Shown: piece by piece, positions 33,569 through 42,596 of the stretch
How the letters are laid out: each line of letters starts with the position of its first letter
How positions within the stretch are numbered: the first letter of the stretch is position 1
Virus record (IMG/VR): IMGVR_UViG_3300045988_071636
Span: 1-57,534 of that record
Length of the DNA stretch: 57,534 bases
Source: a virus
Reading direction: 5' to 3' (one strand)
Translations under genes and position numbers: made by a program
The notes under the pieces: model-generated
What the model saw: only the letters and a program-made list of their open reading frames with translations
The model's database searches: none
What the model was told of the DNA's origin: nothing

Positions 33569-34188
33569 TGGTATATGGACAGAGTGGGTCAGGAAAATCT
33601 ACCAGTCTGCGTAACTTTCTGACTGACGAGGTTTGTGTAGTCAATGTCAGCGGGAAACCGCTTCCATTCAAGACAAAAATCAAGACATACAACTGTGACG
33701 ACTACATGAAAATCGACACAGCAATTAGGACTGCCCCTGCCAAAGCGATTGTAATTGACGACGCTACATATCTGATGACCAATGAATTTATGCGTGGAGC
33801 TAAAACGACCGGCTACCAGAAGTTCACGGATATGGCACTGAACTTTTGGACGTTGATTCAAACAGCGATCCGACTCCCCGATGACAAAGTAATTTATTTC
33901 ATGGGTCATGTAGACCTTGACCAGAACGGGAACGAGAAATTCAAGACTATTGGTAAACTGCTGGACGAAAAGGTCACCCTGGAAGGGCTGTTTACTGTAG
34001 TGCTAAAGACAGTCGTAACCGACGGGAAATACCAGTTTTCCACACATACAAACGGAGCCGATACGGTCAAGTCACCAATGGGCATGTTCTCTGAAAACCT
34101 GATTGATAATGACTTGAAGATGGTTGACAGCGCAATCCGTGATTACTGGGGCTTGTCCCCATTGAAAAATGAGGAGGAACACAAATGA
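33553..34188 (+). CDS. RecA-fold ATPase (Sak4-like / AAA_24)
   Basis: Walker A in MVYGQSGSGKSTS and Walker B in AIVIDDATY. About 210 aa. Followed by a DUF669-like gene. Confidence 0.7.
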   Translation: MGIPVMVYGQSGSGKSTSLRNFLTDEVCVVNVSGKPLPFKTKIKTYNCDDYMKIDTAIRTAPAKAIVIDDATYLMTNEFMRGAKTTGYQKFTDMALNFWTLIQTAIRLPDDKVIYFMGHVDLDQNGNEKFKTIGKLLDEKVTLEGLFTVVLKTVVTDGKYQFSTHTNGADTVKSPMGMFSENLIDNDLKMVDSAIRDYWGLSPLKNEEEHK

Positions 34189-34754
34189 GACAGTATTCTG
34201 ATGTAAAGGCCGCTCCCAACAAAGCCCGTGAAATTATCCCTGCCGGCGGATATGTGGCGAAGGTAAATGCAGCAGTAGTCGAAACTACAGATTATGGGGA
34301 TCGCCTTATTATTTATTTCGATGTAATCGAGGGCGATTACAGAGGATTCTTCCAGAAGGACTATTCTGAGCAAAACCGAGAGGACAAAAAGTGGCGCGGA
34401 ATCTACCGCATGTATCTTCCCAAAGATGACGGCTCTGAAAAGGACTCCTGGAGCAAGCGGACTCTTGGAAATGTGATCTGGTCATTTGAGGCAAGCAACA
34501 ATGGCTACCACTGGGATTGGAATGAATCTGTCCTGAAAGATAAGCTGATCGGTGTCCTTTTCCGAAACAAGGAGTGGGAGTACAACGGACAGACTGGTTG
34601 GACTACTGAATGCTGTGCCGTTACAGACATTGAAAGCATCCGGGCCAATAAGTATAGGACTCCCAAGGACAAGCCCTTGTCTAACAAAACGCCCGCCGGG
34701 TTCACTGACCTTTCAAATGAGGAAGATAAAGACCTTCCCTGGGTAATGAACTAA
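34185..34754 (+). CDS. DUF669-like protein (putative ssDNA-binding partner of Sak4)
   Basis: 189 aa with an ATGA overlap. IPAGGYVAKVNAAVVETTDYGDRLIIYFDVIEG is typical of DUF669. Acidic C-terminal tail. Confidence 0.55.
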   Translation: MRQYSDVKAAPNKAREIIPAGGYVAKVNAAVVETTDYGDRLIIYFDVIEGDYRGFFQKDYSEQNREDKKWRGIYRMYLPKDDGSEKDSWSKRTLGNVIWSFEASNNGYHWDWNESVLKDKLIGVLFRNKEWEYNGQTGWTTECCAVTDIESIRANKYRTPKDKPLSNKTPAGFTDLSNEEDKDLPWVMN

Positions 34755-35269
34755 TGCACCCGTGCAACGTGAACGTGGCCCTCAGTAGCATGACGGTTCT
34801 AGTCGATACAAGGGAACAGGATACGCCAAGCGCCAGGCGGCGCATGAAGCAAATCGGAGTCCCGATTGAGAGGGTTGCCCTCTCTTTCGGGGATTACTCC
34901 ACAAAATGCAATGTCATAGATCTGAGAGACCAAGTTGCTATTGAGCGAAAGATGGACTTAGATGAACTATGTGCTTGTTATGGAAGAGACCGCAGCAGAT
35001 TTACACGGGAATTTGAACGCGCCAAAGAATCCGGAGCAAAGTTATACATGCTGGTGGAAAACGCAGATTGGGAAAAGGCGTACAAAGGAGATTACCGGAG
35101 CCGGATGTCGTCCGCGTCTTTGGTAGCCAGTATGCAAGCATGGCTTGCCCGCTACAATTGCCAGATTCTTTTCTGCGCCTCGCAGACAAGCGGGAGGCTC
35201 ATTCATGACATTTTATTCCGAGAGCTGAAAGAACGGCTGGAGGCCATTCCGGATGAAGATTGCGGATGA
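34754..35269 (+). CDS. ERCC4-type (XPF/Mus81-like) nuclease
   Basis: VDTREQ ... FGDYS ... IERKMDLDE (GDxn-ERKx3D motif). Confidence 0.7.
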   Translation: MHPCNVNVALSSMTVLVDTREQDTPSARRRMKQIGVPIERVALSFGDYSTKCNVIDLRDQVAIERKMDLDELCACYGRDRSRFTREFERAKESGAKLYMLVENADWEKAYKGDYRSRMSSASLVASMQAWLARYNCQILFCASQTSGRLIHDILFRELKERLEAIPDEDCG

Positions 35270-35825
35270 AATCAAATCTCTGGTTACGATGCAGCAGGTC
35301 GCCGAATTTTATGGTTTTCAGGTGGGGCGGTCAGGGTTTATATCCTGCCCGTTCCACACTGGGGATCATACAGCCAGCCTAAAAATCTACGATGGCATCG
35401 GAGGCTTCCATTGTTTCGGATGTGGCGCTCATGGCAGTGTAATTGATTTTGTGATGCTGCTGTTCAACTTGAACTTTCAGCAGGCCGTCCTCAGACTTAA
35501 CGCGGATTTCCATCTGGGGATATCCAGCAAAAAACCAAACAGGTCTGAACGTTCTAAAATCTTGGAGGAACGGAAAGTTGAGCAGTGGGGCAAGGAGCAA
35601 GCAGAGGCCAATTTCCAGCGAATGATTTCAGAAATGAGATACTGGGAAGAGGCGCAGGAAGTCTTCCAACCGGTCAAAACAGTAAATCGCGCATACTTCC
35701 ATCCGTTATATGTTGAGGCCGTCAAGCGCCTCCCATACATTCGGTATTGGCTTGACGAGTTTATAGAGAAGGGAGGCAAGAAAGAGTGGAAGAAATTCCA
35801 GCTTACACAAGAGACGACTACTTGA
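35253..35825 (+). CDS. CHC2 zinc-finger protein (DnaG-primase-type zinc finger)
   Basis: CPFHTGDHTASLKIY...FHCFGCGAHGSVIDF. Confidence 0.75.
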   Translation: MKIADEIKSLVTMQQVAEFYGFQVGRSGFISCPFHTGDHTASLKIYDGIGGFHCFGCGAHGSVIDFVMLLFNLNFQQAVLRLNADFHLGISSKKPNRSERSKILEERKVEQWGKEQAEANFQRMISEMRYWEEAQEVFQPVKTVNRAYFHPLYVEAVKRLPYIRYWLDEFIEKGGKKEWKKFQLTQETTT

Positions 35826-37630
35826 CAAGCACAGAACCATTTGAGTATTTATACGCCCACAAAGAAAATAAATTTGAGTTGAAGCAACTTCTTGGCCGCA
35901 TGTCGGCCCAAGCGCAAACTGTTGGTGTTCGGAATTTAGCTGCGCTGTTTAAGGCATATTTGGAGACAGTCAGCGGATCTGTAGCGCCTGGGTTCAACAG
36001 GACAGACTTTACCGGTCAAGCGTTGGAGTTAGATTGCGGTGGATGGACGGCCACAGACACCGGAATTTACGGCACCGACAAGATGGGCTTTGAGGTCGTG
36101 GCCTGCTACCACCCCATCATGCCGGTTCAGCGGTTGGTAAACGTAGATACGCGGGAGCACAAGGTTATGCTTGCATACCGGCTTAGCCGCCGGTGGGACA
36201 TTGTGATTGTGGATCGCAACGTAATTTCCGACAGCCGCTCTATCATCGGACTCTCCAAGTATGGAATCATGGTCAACAGTGAGACCGGCAAGGCCCTTGT
36301 ACGATATCTGGCTGATGTGGAGCAGCTCAATTATGACCTGATCCCGGAGGTATCCAGCGTGGGGCGGCTGGGCTGGATTGAGGAATATGGCTTCTCGCCA
36401 TATGAGGAAGAACTGGTCTTTGATGGAGAGGAAACCTACCGCACTCGTTTTGAGAGCATCCAGGAGCATGGGAGCCGGGAGGCCTGGCTGGACTGCGCGA
36501 GAGCTGTCCGGTCAGGCAAAACCCCCGGTAACGTGATCGCCCGTATCGTTCTAGCCGCTTCCTTCGCCTCTGTTCTGGTGGGACCGTGCCGTTGCCTACC
36601 ATTTTTTGTACACCTGTGGGGCGGATCGGAAACCGGAAAGAGCCTGAGCCTGGTTCTGGCCGCCAGCGTGTGGGCCAATCCAGAGATCGGCGTTTACATC
36701 CAGACCTTCAACGCCACGGAGGTGGGGAAGGAACTGGGAGCGGCGTTCTGCAATTCCCTGCCCCTCATCATTGACGAGCTCCAACTGGTCAAGGACAACC
36801 GGAAGGACTTCGACCGGATGATCTATCAGTTATCAGAAGGTGTGGGACGGGCCCGTGGCCGGAAGCAGGGAGGCCTCCAAAAGACACCTACCTGGAGGAA
36901 CTGCGTCATCACCACAGGCGAATTTCCCATCATTTCCGCCAATAGTGGAGAGGGGGCAGTCAACCGGACAATCGAGGTGGACTGCCACGATACCAAACTC
37001 TTTGATGAGCCGAAAAAGACCGCCACCAGCCTGTACGCCAACTACGGCTTCGCTGGGCGGGAGTTTGTAGATCACCTGATGGAGGATGGCGTGATAGAGC
37101 GCGTCCAGAAGCTCCAGGAGGACTTACAAAAGGCCATTAAGACCGGTGACACTATGGACAAGCAGACGGCATCTGCGGCCCTTATACTGGCCGCTGACAG
37201 GCTATCAGAGGAGTGGATCTTCCAAGATGGCGTTCTCCTTCAGCCAGACGATATCCGGCCATATCTGGTATCAAAAGAGACCGTCAACCAAAACGCCCGC
37301 GCACTGCAATACCTATATGACTTCATTAACATCAACCAATCCAGATTCTCGCCGGGTGCGGACGCCCACCAGGGCGAAGTGTGGGGCGATCTGGACGATG
37401 ATTACGCTTATATCATTCGTTCCAAATTCGACCAGATCCTTCAAGACGAGGGTTACAATGCCTCTGCTTTCCTCGGATGGGCGAAAAACAACAACCTAAT
37501 TCTTCCGGGTAAAGATGGGAAAATGACCCGGACAAAACGGATTAACGGGCGAGTTTCACGTTGTATTTGGCTCAAAATGGACAATTATTTGAATGATTTT
37601 GAGGGAAACGGAGAGGAACTATTGCCGTAA
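35786..37630 (+). CDS. DUF927-type replicative helicase / primase-associated NTPase (SF3-like)
   Basis: GTG 35786 after GGGAGG. 614 aa. Walker A in HLWGGSETGKSLS and Walker B in LPLIIDELQ. Confidence 0.7.
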   Translation: MEEIPAYTRDDYLTSTEPFEYLYAHKENKFELKQLLGRMSAQAQTVGVRNLAALFKAYLETVSGSVAPGFNRTDFTGQALELDCGGWTATDTGIYGTDKMGFEVVACYHPIMPVQRLVNVDTREHKVMLAYRLSRRWDIVIVDRNVISDSRSIIGLSKYGIMVNSETGKALVRYLADVEQLNYDLIPEVSSVGRLGWIEEYGFSPYEEELVFDGEETYRTRFESIQEHGSREAWLDCARAVRSGKTPGNVIARIVLAASFASVLVGPCRCLPFFVHLWGGSETGKSLSLVLAASVWANPEIGVYIQTFNATEVGKELGAAFCNSLPLIIDELQLVKDNRKDFDRMIYQLSEGVGRARGRKQGGLQKTPTWRNCVITTGEFPIISANSGEGAVNRTIEVDCHDTKLFDEPKKTATSLYANYGFAGREFVDHLMEDGVIERVQKLQEDLQKAIKTGDTMDKQTASAALILAADRLSEEWIFQDGVLLQPDDIRPYLVSKETVNQNARALQYLYDFININQSRFSPGADAHQGEVWGDLDDDYAYIIRSKFDQILQDEGYNASAFLGWAKNNNLILPGKDGKMTRTKRINGRVSRCIWLKMDNYLNDFEGNGEELLP

Positions 37631-37646
37631 TTGGGAATTCGAAGTT

Positions 37647-37837
37647 GTAACACCGTAACACCTTGTAACACCCTTTTTGATATGTTTCTATAAAATAAAA
37701 AAATTGCGTGCGCACTTTTTTTAAAAATTCAAAGTTAAAAAATAGGTGTTACAGGTGTTACAGTTCTTTCAATCCGTTGCGGCGCAATGGTTATAGCGTA
37801 ACACCAGACGTGTTACAAAACGGTTACTTAGTGTTAC
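37647..37837. repeat. Candidate replication origin: GTAACAC/GTGTTAC iterons flanking an AT-rich core
   Basis: GTAACAC at 37647, 37655, 37665 and 37798. GTGTTAC at 37746, 37755, 37810 and 37831. A/T-rich 37675-37745 contains the GTGCGCAC palindrome. ORF-free, directly after the helicase gene. Confidence 0.6.
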
Positions 37838-37849
37838 AAAGGAGAGGCT

Positions 37850-38182
37850 ATGATATTTCCATTTGAAAGAGAAGCTGAGCAAGGCGCCCCCATGCCGGAC
37901 GGTTTATCTCTTCCAGATCAGCTTGCGTTCCGTTTTTTGTCCAGCATGTATGCAAGTATTAGAGCGGGATCTATAACCAGAGAACGGGCGATTTCTGATA
38001 AGGGGAAAATGACGTATCAATATAATATAGCAAATGAATCCATGAAACAATGGAAGGAACTAGGGCAGCACTGGTCAAACATTATTAAGTATGTTGAGTT
38101 CGCACAAAGTCAATATAGAAAGAATCGTACTTTGGAAAATGCGGACGTACTAAGCAAGGCGTTAGATGGGGTGCTGATATGA
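37850..38182 (+). CDS. Hypothetical protein
   Basis: 110-aa ORF with AAAGGAGAGG RBS. Confidence 0.6.
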   Translation: MIFPFEREAEQGAPMPDGLSLPDQLAFRFLSSMYASIRAGSITRERAISDKGKMTYQYNIANESMKQWKELGQHWSNIIKYVEFAQSQYRKNRTLENADVLSKALDGVLI

Positions 38183-38439
38183 TCACCAGAGACCCCTACG
38201 GCATCAGCCGGGCGGTGGCACCCTGGCGCAGTCTGGACGCGATGGAGCCGATCGTGGAGCGCAATATCACGGAGCGGGACGCGGAGGAGGCGGCAATCTG
38301 TGGACAGTGCCCGCTGCCGGACTGTAACCCCAAAAGAGTTGGCTGCCTGCTGCATACCAGAGCAAAAAAGCCAAAGCCGTCCCGCGATTTGCTGGAGCGC
38401 ATGGCGCTAGACGGGTATGGGCCGGAGACGATAGCCTAG
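38179..38439 (+). CDS. Cys-containing protein ending at an in-frame TAG inside an HTH-like segment (possible amber-interrupted gene, 38179-38607)
   Basis: 86 aa ...LERMALDGYGPETIA-TAG-ATGYSISTTAMYMKEFFK... The frame stays open for 55 more codons to TAA 38605-38607. Confidence 0.55.
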   Translation: MITRDPYGISRAVAPWRSLDAMEPIVERNITERDAEEAAICGQCPLPDCNPKRVGCLLHTRAKKPKPSRDLLERMALDGYGPETIA

Positions 38440-38596
38440 GCCACCGGATACAGCATATCGACCACCGCGATGTACATGAAAGAATTTTTTAAGGCTGGAC
38501 CATGTGAACGATGCTCATCCAAGAGCATTTGTGATGCGACCGGCGGGACGTGCAGAAGAAAAGAGCGGTGGAAAACTTGCAAGGAGGAACCTAACG

Positions 38597-38899
38597 ATGG
38601 ACGATAAGATGCGCGCCCTCCTGGGCGACCACGAGGCGGCCAAGCGGCTGACGGAGGCGGGGGTGCTGCTGCCGTGTATGTGCGGTAAAACACCAAAGGA
38701 ACACGGCCCAGAGGACTGGAAGCCGACCTTCTATGACCCTGATAGTGGCGGTGATCCGGTGAGTATTGAGTGCGAGTGCGGGATTGACTTTTCTATTGGG
38801 AGCTATGACTATCGTGAAACCCGCCTCTCCTGGAACACCCGCGCGCTGATCCTGAGCGCTGCGGAGATGGAGCTGCTGGAAAAGGAGGCCCAGCCGTGA
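38597..38899 (+). CDS. Lar-like (restriction alleviation-like) zinc-ribbon protein
   Basis: AAGGAGGAA RBS then ATG 38597 (ORF track 38504..). ...LLPCMCGK...IECECG...RLSWNTRA resembles the Lar-family WNxR ending. Confidence 0.4.
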   Translation: MDDKMRALLGDHEAAKRLTEAGVLLPCMCGKTPKEHGPEDWKPTFYDPDSGGDPVSIECECGIDFSIGSYDYRETRLSWNTRALILSAAEMELLEKEAQP

Positions 38900-39225
38900 C
38901 GCGAGAAGAAGCGATCAAGTCATTGCAAAACATAATCGAATACTGGACATATAAGCCGACTGAGGTTGAAGCCGCTAAGATGGCAATTGCCGCCCTCCGC
39001 CCCGTCAGCCGGGAGCAGGTGGAGAAGGTGTGGAGGGGTGAATGGGTAGGCGTACCAAGCATGGGGGTATACGACACTGTATGTTCGAAGTGCGGATATT
39101 GCCCTGGAATTAGATTTTGGAGTTCTGATTTCTGCCCTCACTGCGGCGCTCCCATGACGGACGAGGCCGTGGAGATGGTGTTGGAGAGGATGGAGAAATT
39201 GCATGAAGATAACGGTTGTCCTTGA
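38896..39225 (+). CDS. Hypothetical zinc-ribbon protein
   Basis: 109 aa. CSKCGYC...CPHCG. Confidence 0.55.
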   Translation: MTREEAIKSLQNIIEYWTYKPTEVEAAKMAIAALRPVSREQVEKVWRGEWVGVPSMGVYDTVCSKCGYCPGIRFWSSDFCPHCGAPMTDEAVEMVLERMEKLHEDNGCP

Positions 39226-39358
39226 GGCTTTTGTCCAGACAAGCTATGAGACTTATACCCACAAATACAAAACCGTTGACATAGAAATACCGGACGACGG
39301 GAACGAGTGGCACGTCGCCGGGGAATTGGAGGCGCTGAAAGATGGCAAGGGCGATTGA
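39203..39358 (+). CDS. Hypothetical small protein (51 aa)
   Basis: ATG 39203 bridges the gap between neighbours, overlapping both. Below the ORF-track cutoff. Confidence 0.35.
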   Translation: MKITVVLEAFVQTSYETYTHKYKTVDIEIPDDGNEWHVAGELEALKDGKGD

Positions 39359-39749
39359 TGCTGACGAATTGTACAGGATTGAAAAGCTGCTTGACACAGA
39401 TATTGTTCATCAAGATAAAGTTGCACTCAATTTGCTTGAACAAGTGCTATACGACATCCAGCATATGCCCACCCTCACCCCGCCGAACGAGTGGGTTAGC
39501 GTGGATGAGAGGTTGCCGGAATACAATCCGGGAACAGGGGCAAAGTCGTATTGGGTGGCGAAAAAAGACAACGCCGGAAACTGGCAAATGAAAATAGCTC
39601 AATACTGTGACTATGGATATGCCATGACTATGGATGCCGAAACAGAGGTTACCTGGAGAGACTGGGATTTTACAAAAATCGCAAATGTCACTCACTGGAT
39701 GCTCCTTCCCGCACCGCCTGACAGCCGCCCGCCGGAGGGAGAAGCATGA
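39342..39749 (+). CDS. DUF551-domain protein (paralog 1)
   Basis: EWVSVDERLPEYN... and ...VTHWMLLPAPP are DUF551 signatures. Confidence 0.65.
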   Translation: MARAIDADELYRIEKLLDTDIVHQDKVALNLLEQVLYDIQHMPTLTPPNEWVSVDERLPEYNPGTGAKSYWVAKKDNAGNWQMKIAQYCDYGYAMTMDAETEVTWRDWDFTKIANVTHWMLLPAPPDSRPPEGEA

Positions 39750-39991
39750 GACATAGATACACACGCCAGGAGCTGGAATCCATCACCCAGGAGACCGCAA
39801 TCTACATTGAGGGTGCAGGGATAGCCCAGCTCCAATGGGGCGGCCTGGAGATTGCAGAGGGGTGCAGGGATGGATACCTCTACTGTAAGCACATCAAGCC
39901 GTTTTCTATGGATCTGTACGGACAATACTGGACGGCATTTGACGGGCCGCCGGAAAGGGGAAAAAATAATGAAAATCCCAGCGGAATTTGA
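39746..39991 (+). CDS. Hypothetical protein
   Basis: 81-aa ORF with an ATGA overlap. Confidence 0.5.
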   Translation: MRHRYTRQELESITQETAIYIEGAGIAQLQWGGLEIAEGCRDGYLYCKHIKPFSMDLYGQYWTAFDGPPERGKNNENPSGI

Positions 39992-40448
39992 GGACATTTT
40001 CCGGGGTGTAGAGTTGACGGAGAGAGAGGCCCTGTTCCTGAGCTGGATAACCAGCTGGGACGACTACACAGTACAGAACATGAGAACCGTGGTGGAGAAA
40101 GTACGGAGCGCCCTCTCCACGCTCCAGGCCGAAAACGAGAAGCTGCGGGCCGAGCTGGAGCAAGCCCGCGAATCTCTGGACTTTGCCCGCACAAAAGATG
40201 CCGAGATCGTGCGTCTTGGGAGAAAGCTGGAGCAGGTGAAGCGGGAACTACAGGCATATAAGGACACGGGCTTGGAGCCGGAGGACTTCAAACGAGCATT
40301 TAGTGAGGATACTATTTTGAAGTTGGCTGGGCAAGCCCTTGGCATAACGCCTGACCGCCTCCGCGAACTGGCCCAGGCGGACAAAGATAGAGGATGGCCT
40401 GTTGAAAAGGCGCTTGGAAGGGGGAATTATCGTGTCTCGGCTGATTGA
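39969..40448 (+). CDS. Coiled-coil hypothetical protein
   Basis: Internal ATG 39969 of ORF 39852..40448. LQAENEKLRAELEQARESL heptads. Confidence 0.5.
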   Translation: MKIPAEFEDIFRGVELTEREALFLSWITSWDDYTVQNMRTVVEKVRSALSTLQAENEKLRAELEQARESLDFARTKDAEIVRLGRKLEQVKRELQAYKDTGLEPEDFKRAFSEDTILKLAGQALGITPDRLRELAQADKDRGWPVEKALGRGNYRVSAD

Positions 40449-40749
40449 TGCTGATAATTTAGATTTCACATTTGATAGGTGTTGTTTTTCGGAGGGTGAT
40501 ACCCAGTATGTGCGCGGAGCGGACGATGCCATTGGGGTGGTAAACAACGCCCCCACCATCGACGCCGTGCCTGTGGTCAGGTGCCGGGAGTGCAAGTTTT
40601 ACCGAGAGTTCCGTACAAAACGGCACAACCAGCTCATGCGACTGTGCTACCGGATGGGCAAGCACGATATGGAGTACCCGGTCAAGCCGGATGATTTCTG
40701 CTCCTACGGCCAGCGAAAGGAGGCCGCCAATGAAGTTTCGGAACCCTGA
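40432..40749 (+). CDS. Hypothetical Cys-containing protein
   Basis: GTG 40432 within ORF 40402..40749. VSRLIDADNLDF... N-terminus resembles neighbouring small early proteins. Confidence 0.45.
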   Translation: MSRLIDADNLDFTFDRCCFSEGDTQYVRGADDAIGVVNNAPTIDAVPVVRCRECKFYREFRTKRHNQLMRLCYRMGKHDMEYPVKPDDFCSYGQRKEAANEVSEP

Positions 40750-40978
40750 GACGGGGGAAGTGGTGACAGACGAGCAAGCACACGGGCAATTTTGTAGGGG
40801 TAGAAGTTGCTGTGAATGTCCGATGAACCAAACCCAAGAAAATTGCATTGGGTTTAGAAGGTCCCGCCCCCACGAAGCCGCCCGCCTGATGGGGTTCGAG
40901 GTGGTGGAGGATGATACATTAACTTTGGGAAAAGCCATCGAAAAGTACCTGAAAATCAAGGAGGAGGACAACAAGTGA
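40730..40978 (+). CDS. Hypothetical protein
   Basis: Internal ATG 40730 (AGGAGG upstream) of ORF 40691..40978. Confidence 0.5.
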   Translation: MKFRNPETGEVVTDEQAHGQFCRGRSCCECPMNQTQENCIGFRRSRPHEAARLMGFEVVEDDTLTLGKAIEKYLKIKEEDNK

Positions 40979-41262
40979 ATAAACCAAGAATTGCACAGGT
41001 GCTGGGTGTTGAGGTAGGCGAAGAATTTACATACGATTTCGGCGCAAATCAGGTAAATAGAGGCACCTTCAAAATTGGAGCAGACGGGAGGCGATATTAT
41101 AAGACGGGAGATCTCTGGAGCCCTTGCTACAATGAGGATGATTTGGCTGTAATTATTAACCACCCCGACCGCATCATCCGCAAGTCAAAGCAGGAGCAGG
41201 AAGAAAAGAAAGTGGACAAACCGAGAATTTGCGAGGTGAACTTGAATGAGCAGATTGATTGA
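40975..41262 (+). CDS. Hypothetical protein
   Basis: 95-aa ORF with start/stop overlap. Confidence 0.55.
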   Translation: MNKPRIAQVLGVEVGEEFTYDFGANQVNRGTFKIGADGRRYYKTGDLWSPCYNEDDLAVIINHPDRIIRKSKQEQEEKKVDKPRICEVNLNEQID

Positions 41263-41920
41263 TTTATCAGGACAGAGGTTTGGCAGGCTGCTAGCTATCG
41301 AAAGAGATACAAGTAGAAGCCCCAAAGAACGAAAATATAGAACGCTTTGGAAATGCAAATGTGACTGCGGTAAAGAAGTTGTTGTTTGGGCGAACAACTT
41401 GGTAAGAGGGCACACATTAAGCTGTGGGTGCTACAAAATTGAAACTTTTCTTGACCGAGAAATAGAACACGGAATGTCAGATACAAGGCTATACGAGATA
41501 TGGAAAGGGATGAGACGCCGGTGTCTTGACCCCAAAAGAAATAGCTACCACAACTATGGAGGGAGAGGAATTGTAGTTTGCGCAGATTGGGAAAATGACT
41601 TTAAAGCATTTCAAAAGTGGGCGATTGAAAATGGCTATAAAGATGGCCTTACTATTGACAGAAAAAATAATGACGGCCCGTATAGTCCGGAGAATTGTAA
41701 ATGGGCAACCATAAAGGAACAGGCCAATAACAGGAGAACGAATAGATATATTGATGTGTTCGGGGAGCATTTGACGATTTCCGAAGCTGCCCAGAAGTAT
41801 GGGATAAAACCTTGTACGATTAGAGCAAGAATTGAACATGGATGGGTACCAGAAAGAGCAGTATCCCTCCGCCCCGGCGAAACCGTCACCCTTGACGAGA
41901 TCATCGGAGGTGCCCAATGA
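41246..41920 (+). CDS. HNH-family putative homing endonuclease, paralog 3 of 3
   Basis: RFGRLLAI..., WKCKCDCG...SCGC, YGGRGIVVCADW, IDRKNNDGPYSPENCKWAT..EQANN. Confidence 0.75.
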   Translation: MSRLIDLSGQRFGRLLAIERDTSRSPKERKYRTLWKCKCDCGKEVVVWANNLVRGHTLSCGCYKIETFLDREIEHGMSDTRLYEIWKGMRRRCLDPKRNSYHNYGGRGIVVCADWENDFKAFQKWAIENGYKDGLTIDRKNNDGPYSPENCKWATIKEQANNRRTNRYIDVFGEHLTISEAAQKYGIKPCTIRARIEHGWVPERAVSLRPGETVTLDEIIGGAQ

Positions 41921-42084
41921 TTTCCTTGAAATGCCCTGATTGCGGGTTCTTTTTCAGCGTAGACTTTCCTGACGATATTTCAGAAGATGAACGGGTCGAA
42001 CTGTATACCTGCCCTTGCGGAGCAATGATGGAGGAAGTTCCGTTCAGTATGGATTATATACCAACAATCGGAGGTGCCAAATGA
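41917..42084 (+). CDS. Small zinc-ribbon protein (55 aa)
   Basis: ATGA overlaps at both ends. CPDCG...CPCG. Below the ORF-track cutoff. Confidence 0.45.
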   Translation: MISLKCPDCGFFFSVDFPDDISEDERVELYTCPCGAMMEEVPFSMDYIPTIGGAK

Positions 42085-42548
42085 CCAGAGAAATACTTTT
42101 CAAGGCCCAACGGCTGGATAACGGCGAGTGGGTGGAGGGAAACATTGTGGATGTCCCGGAAGATGCCGACTTTATGCCCGGAGCGTACATTCTACCGCGG
42201 CTGGTATCGGCCAGGGCAGACCCGCCCACAAAAGGTATCATGCTCGGAGGTTTCTTTGAGGTTGACCCCTCCACGGTCTGCGAGTACACCGGCCTGACCG
42301 ACAGTGATGGAAAGCGTGTTTTTGATGGAGATATCCTCAAATTCTATGATGAGCCAAACGACTATGAATGGATTGGCCGCGTGGAGTTTGGGAATCCAAA
42401 TGGCAGCTATACATGGGGCTGGCAACTTGTCCATATAAGCGGCCCGGAGCCGAACATTGATACCCTGTGCTGGTTTGATATGGAGGAAGTAGGAGTATAC
42501 AGTGAAGTCATTGGAAACAAATTCGATGGAGGAAAAGATGATAGTTAA
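42081..42548 (+). CDS. YopX-family protein
   Basis: ATG 42081 within ORF 42015..42548. FKAQRLDNGEWVEG... EYTGLTDSDGKRVFDGDILKF is the YopX signature. Confidence 0.7.
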   Translation: MTREILFKAQRLDNGEWVEGNIVDVPEDADFMPGAYILPRLVSARADPPTKGIMLGGFFEVDPSTVCEYTGLTDSDGKRVFDGDILKFYDEPNDYEWIGRVEFGNPNGSYTWGWQLVHISGPEPNIDTLCWFDMEEVGVYSEVIGNKFDGGKDDS

Positions 42549-42596
42549 TGAACAAACGTGTACGAAAAAATAGCATCCACGGCGAGGAGGGCGGCA

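Noticed and set aside
40459-41163. 234-aa minus-strand ORF
   Set aside because: It runs against a string of tightly coupled plus-strand early genes. It has no RBS and spans several gene boundaries.
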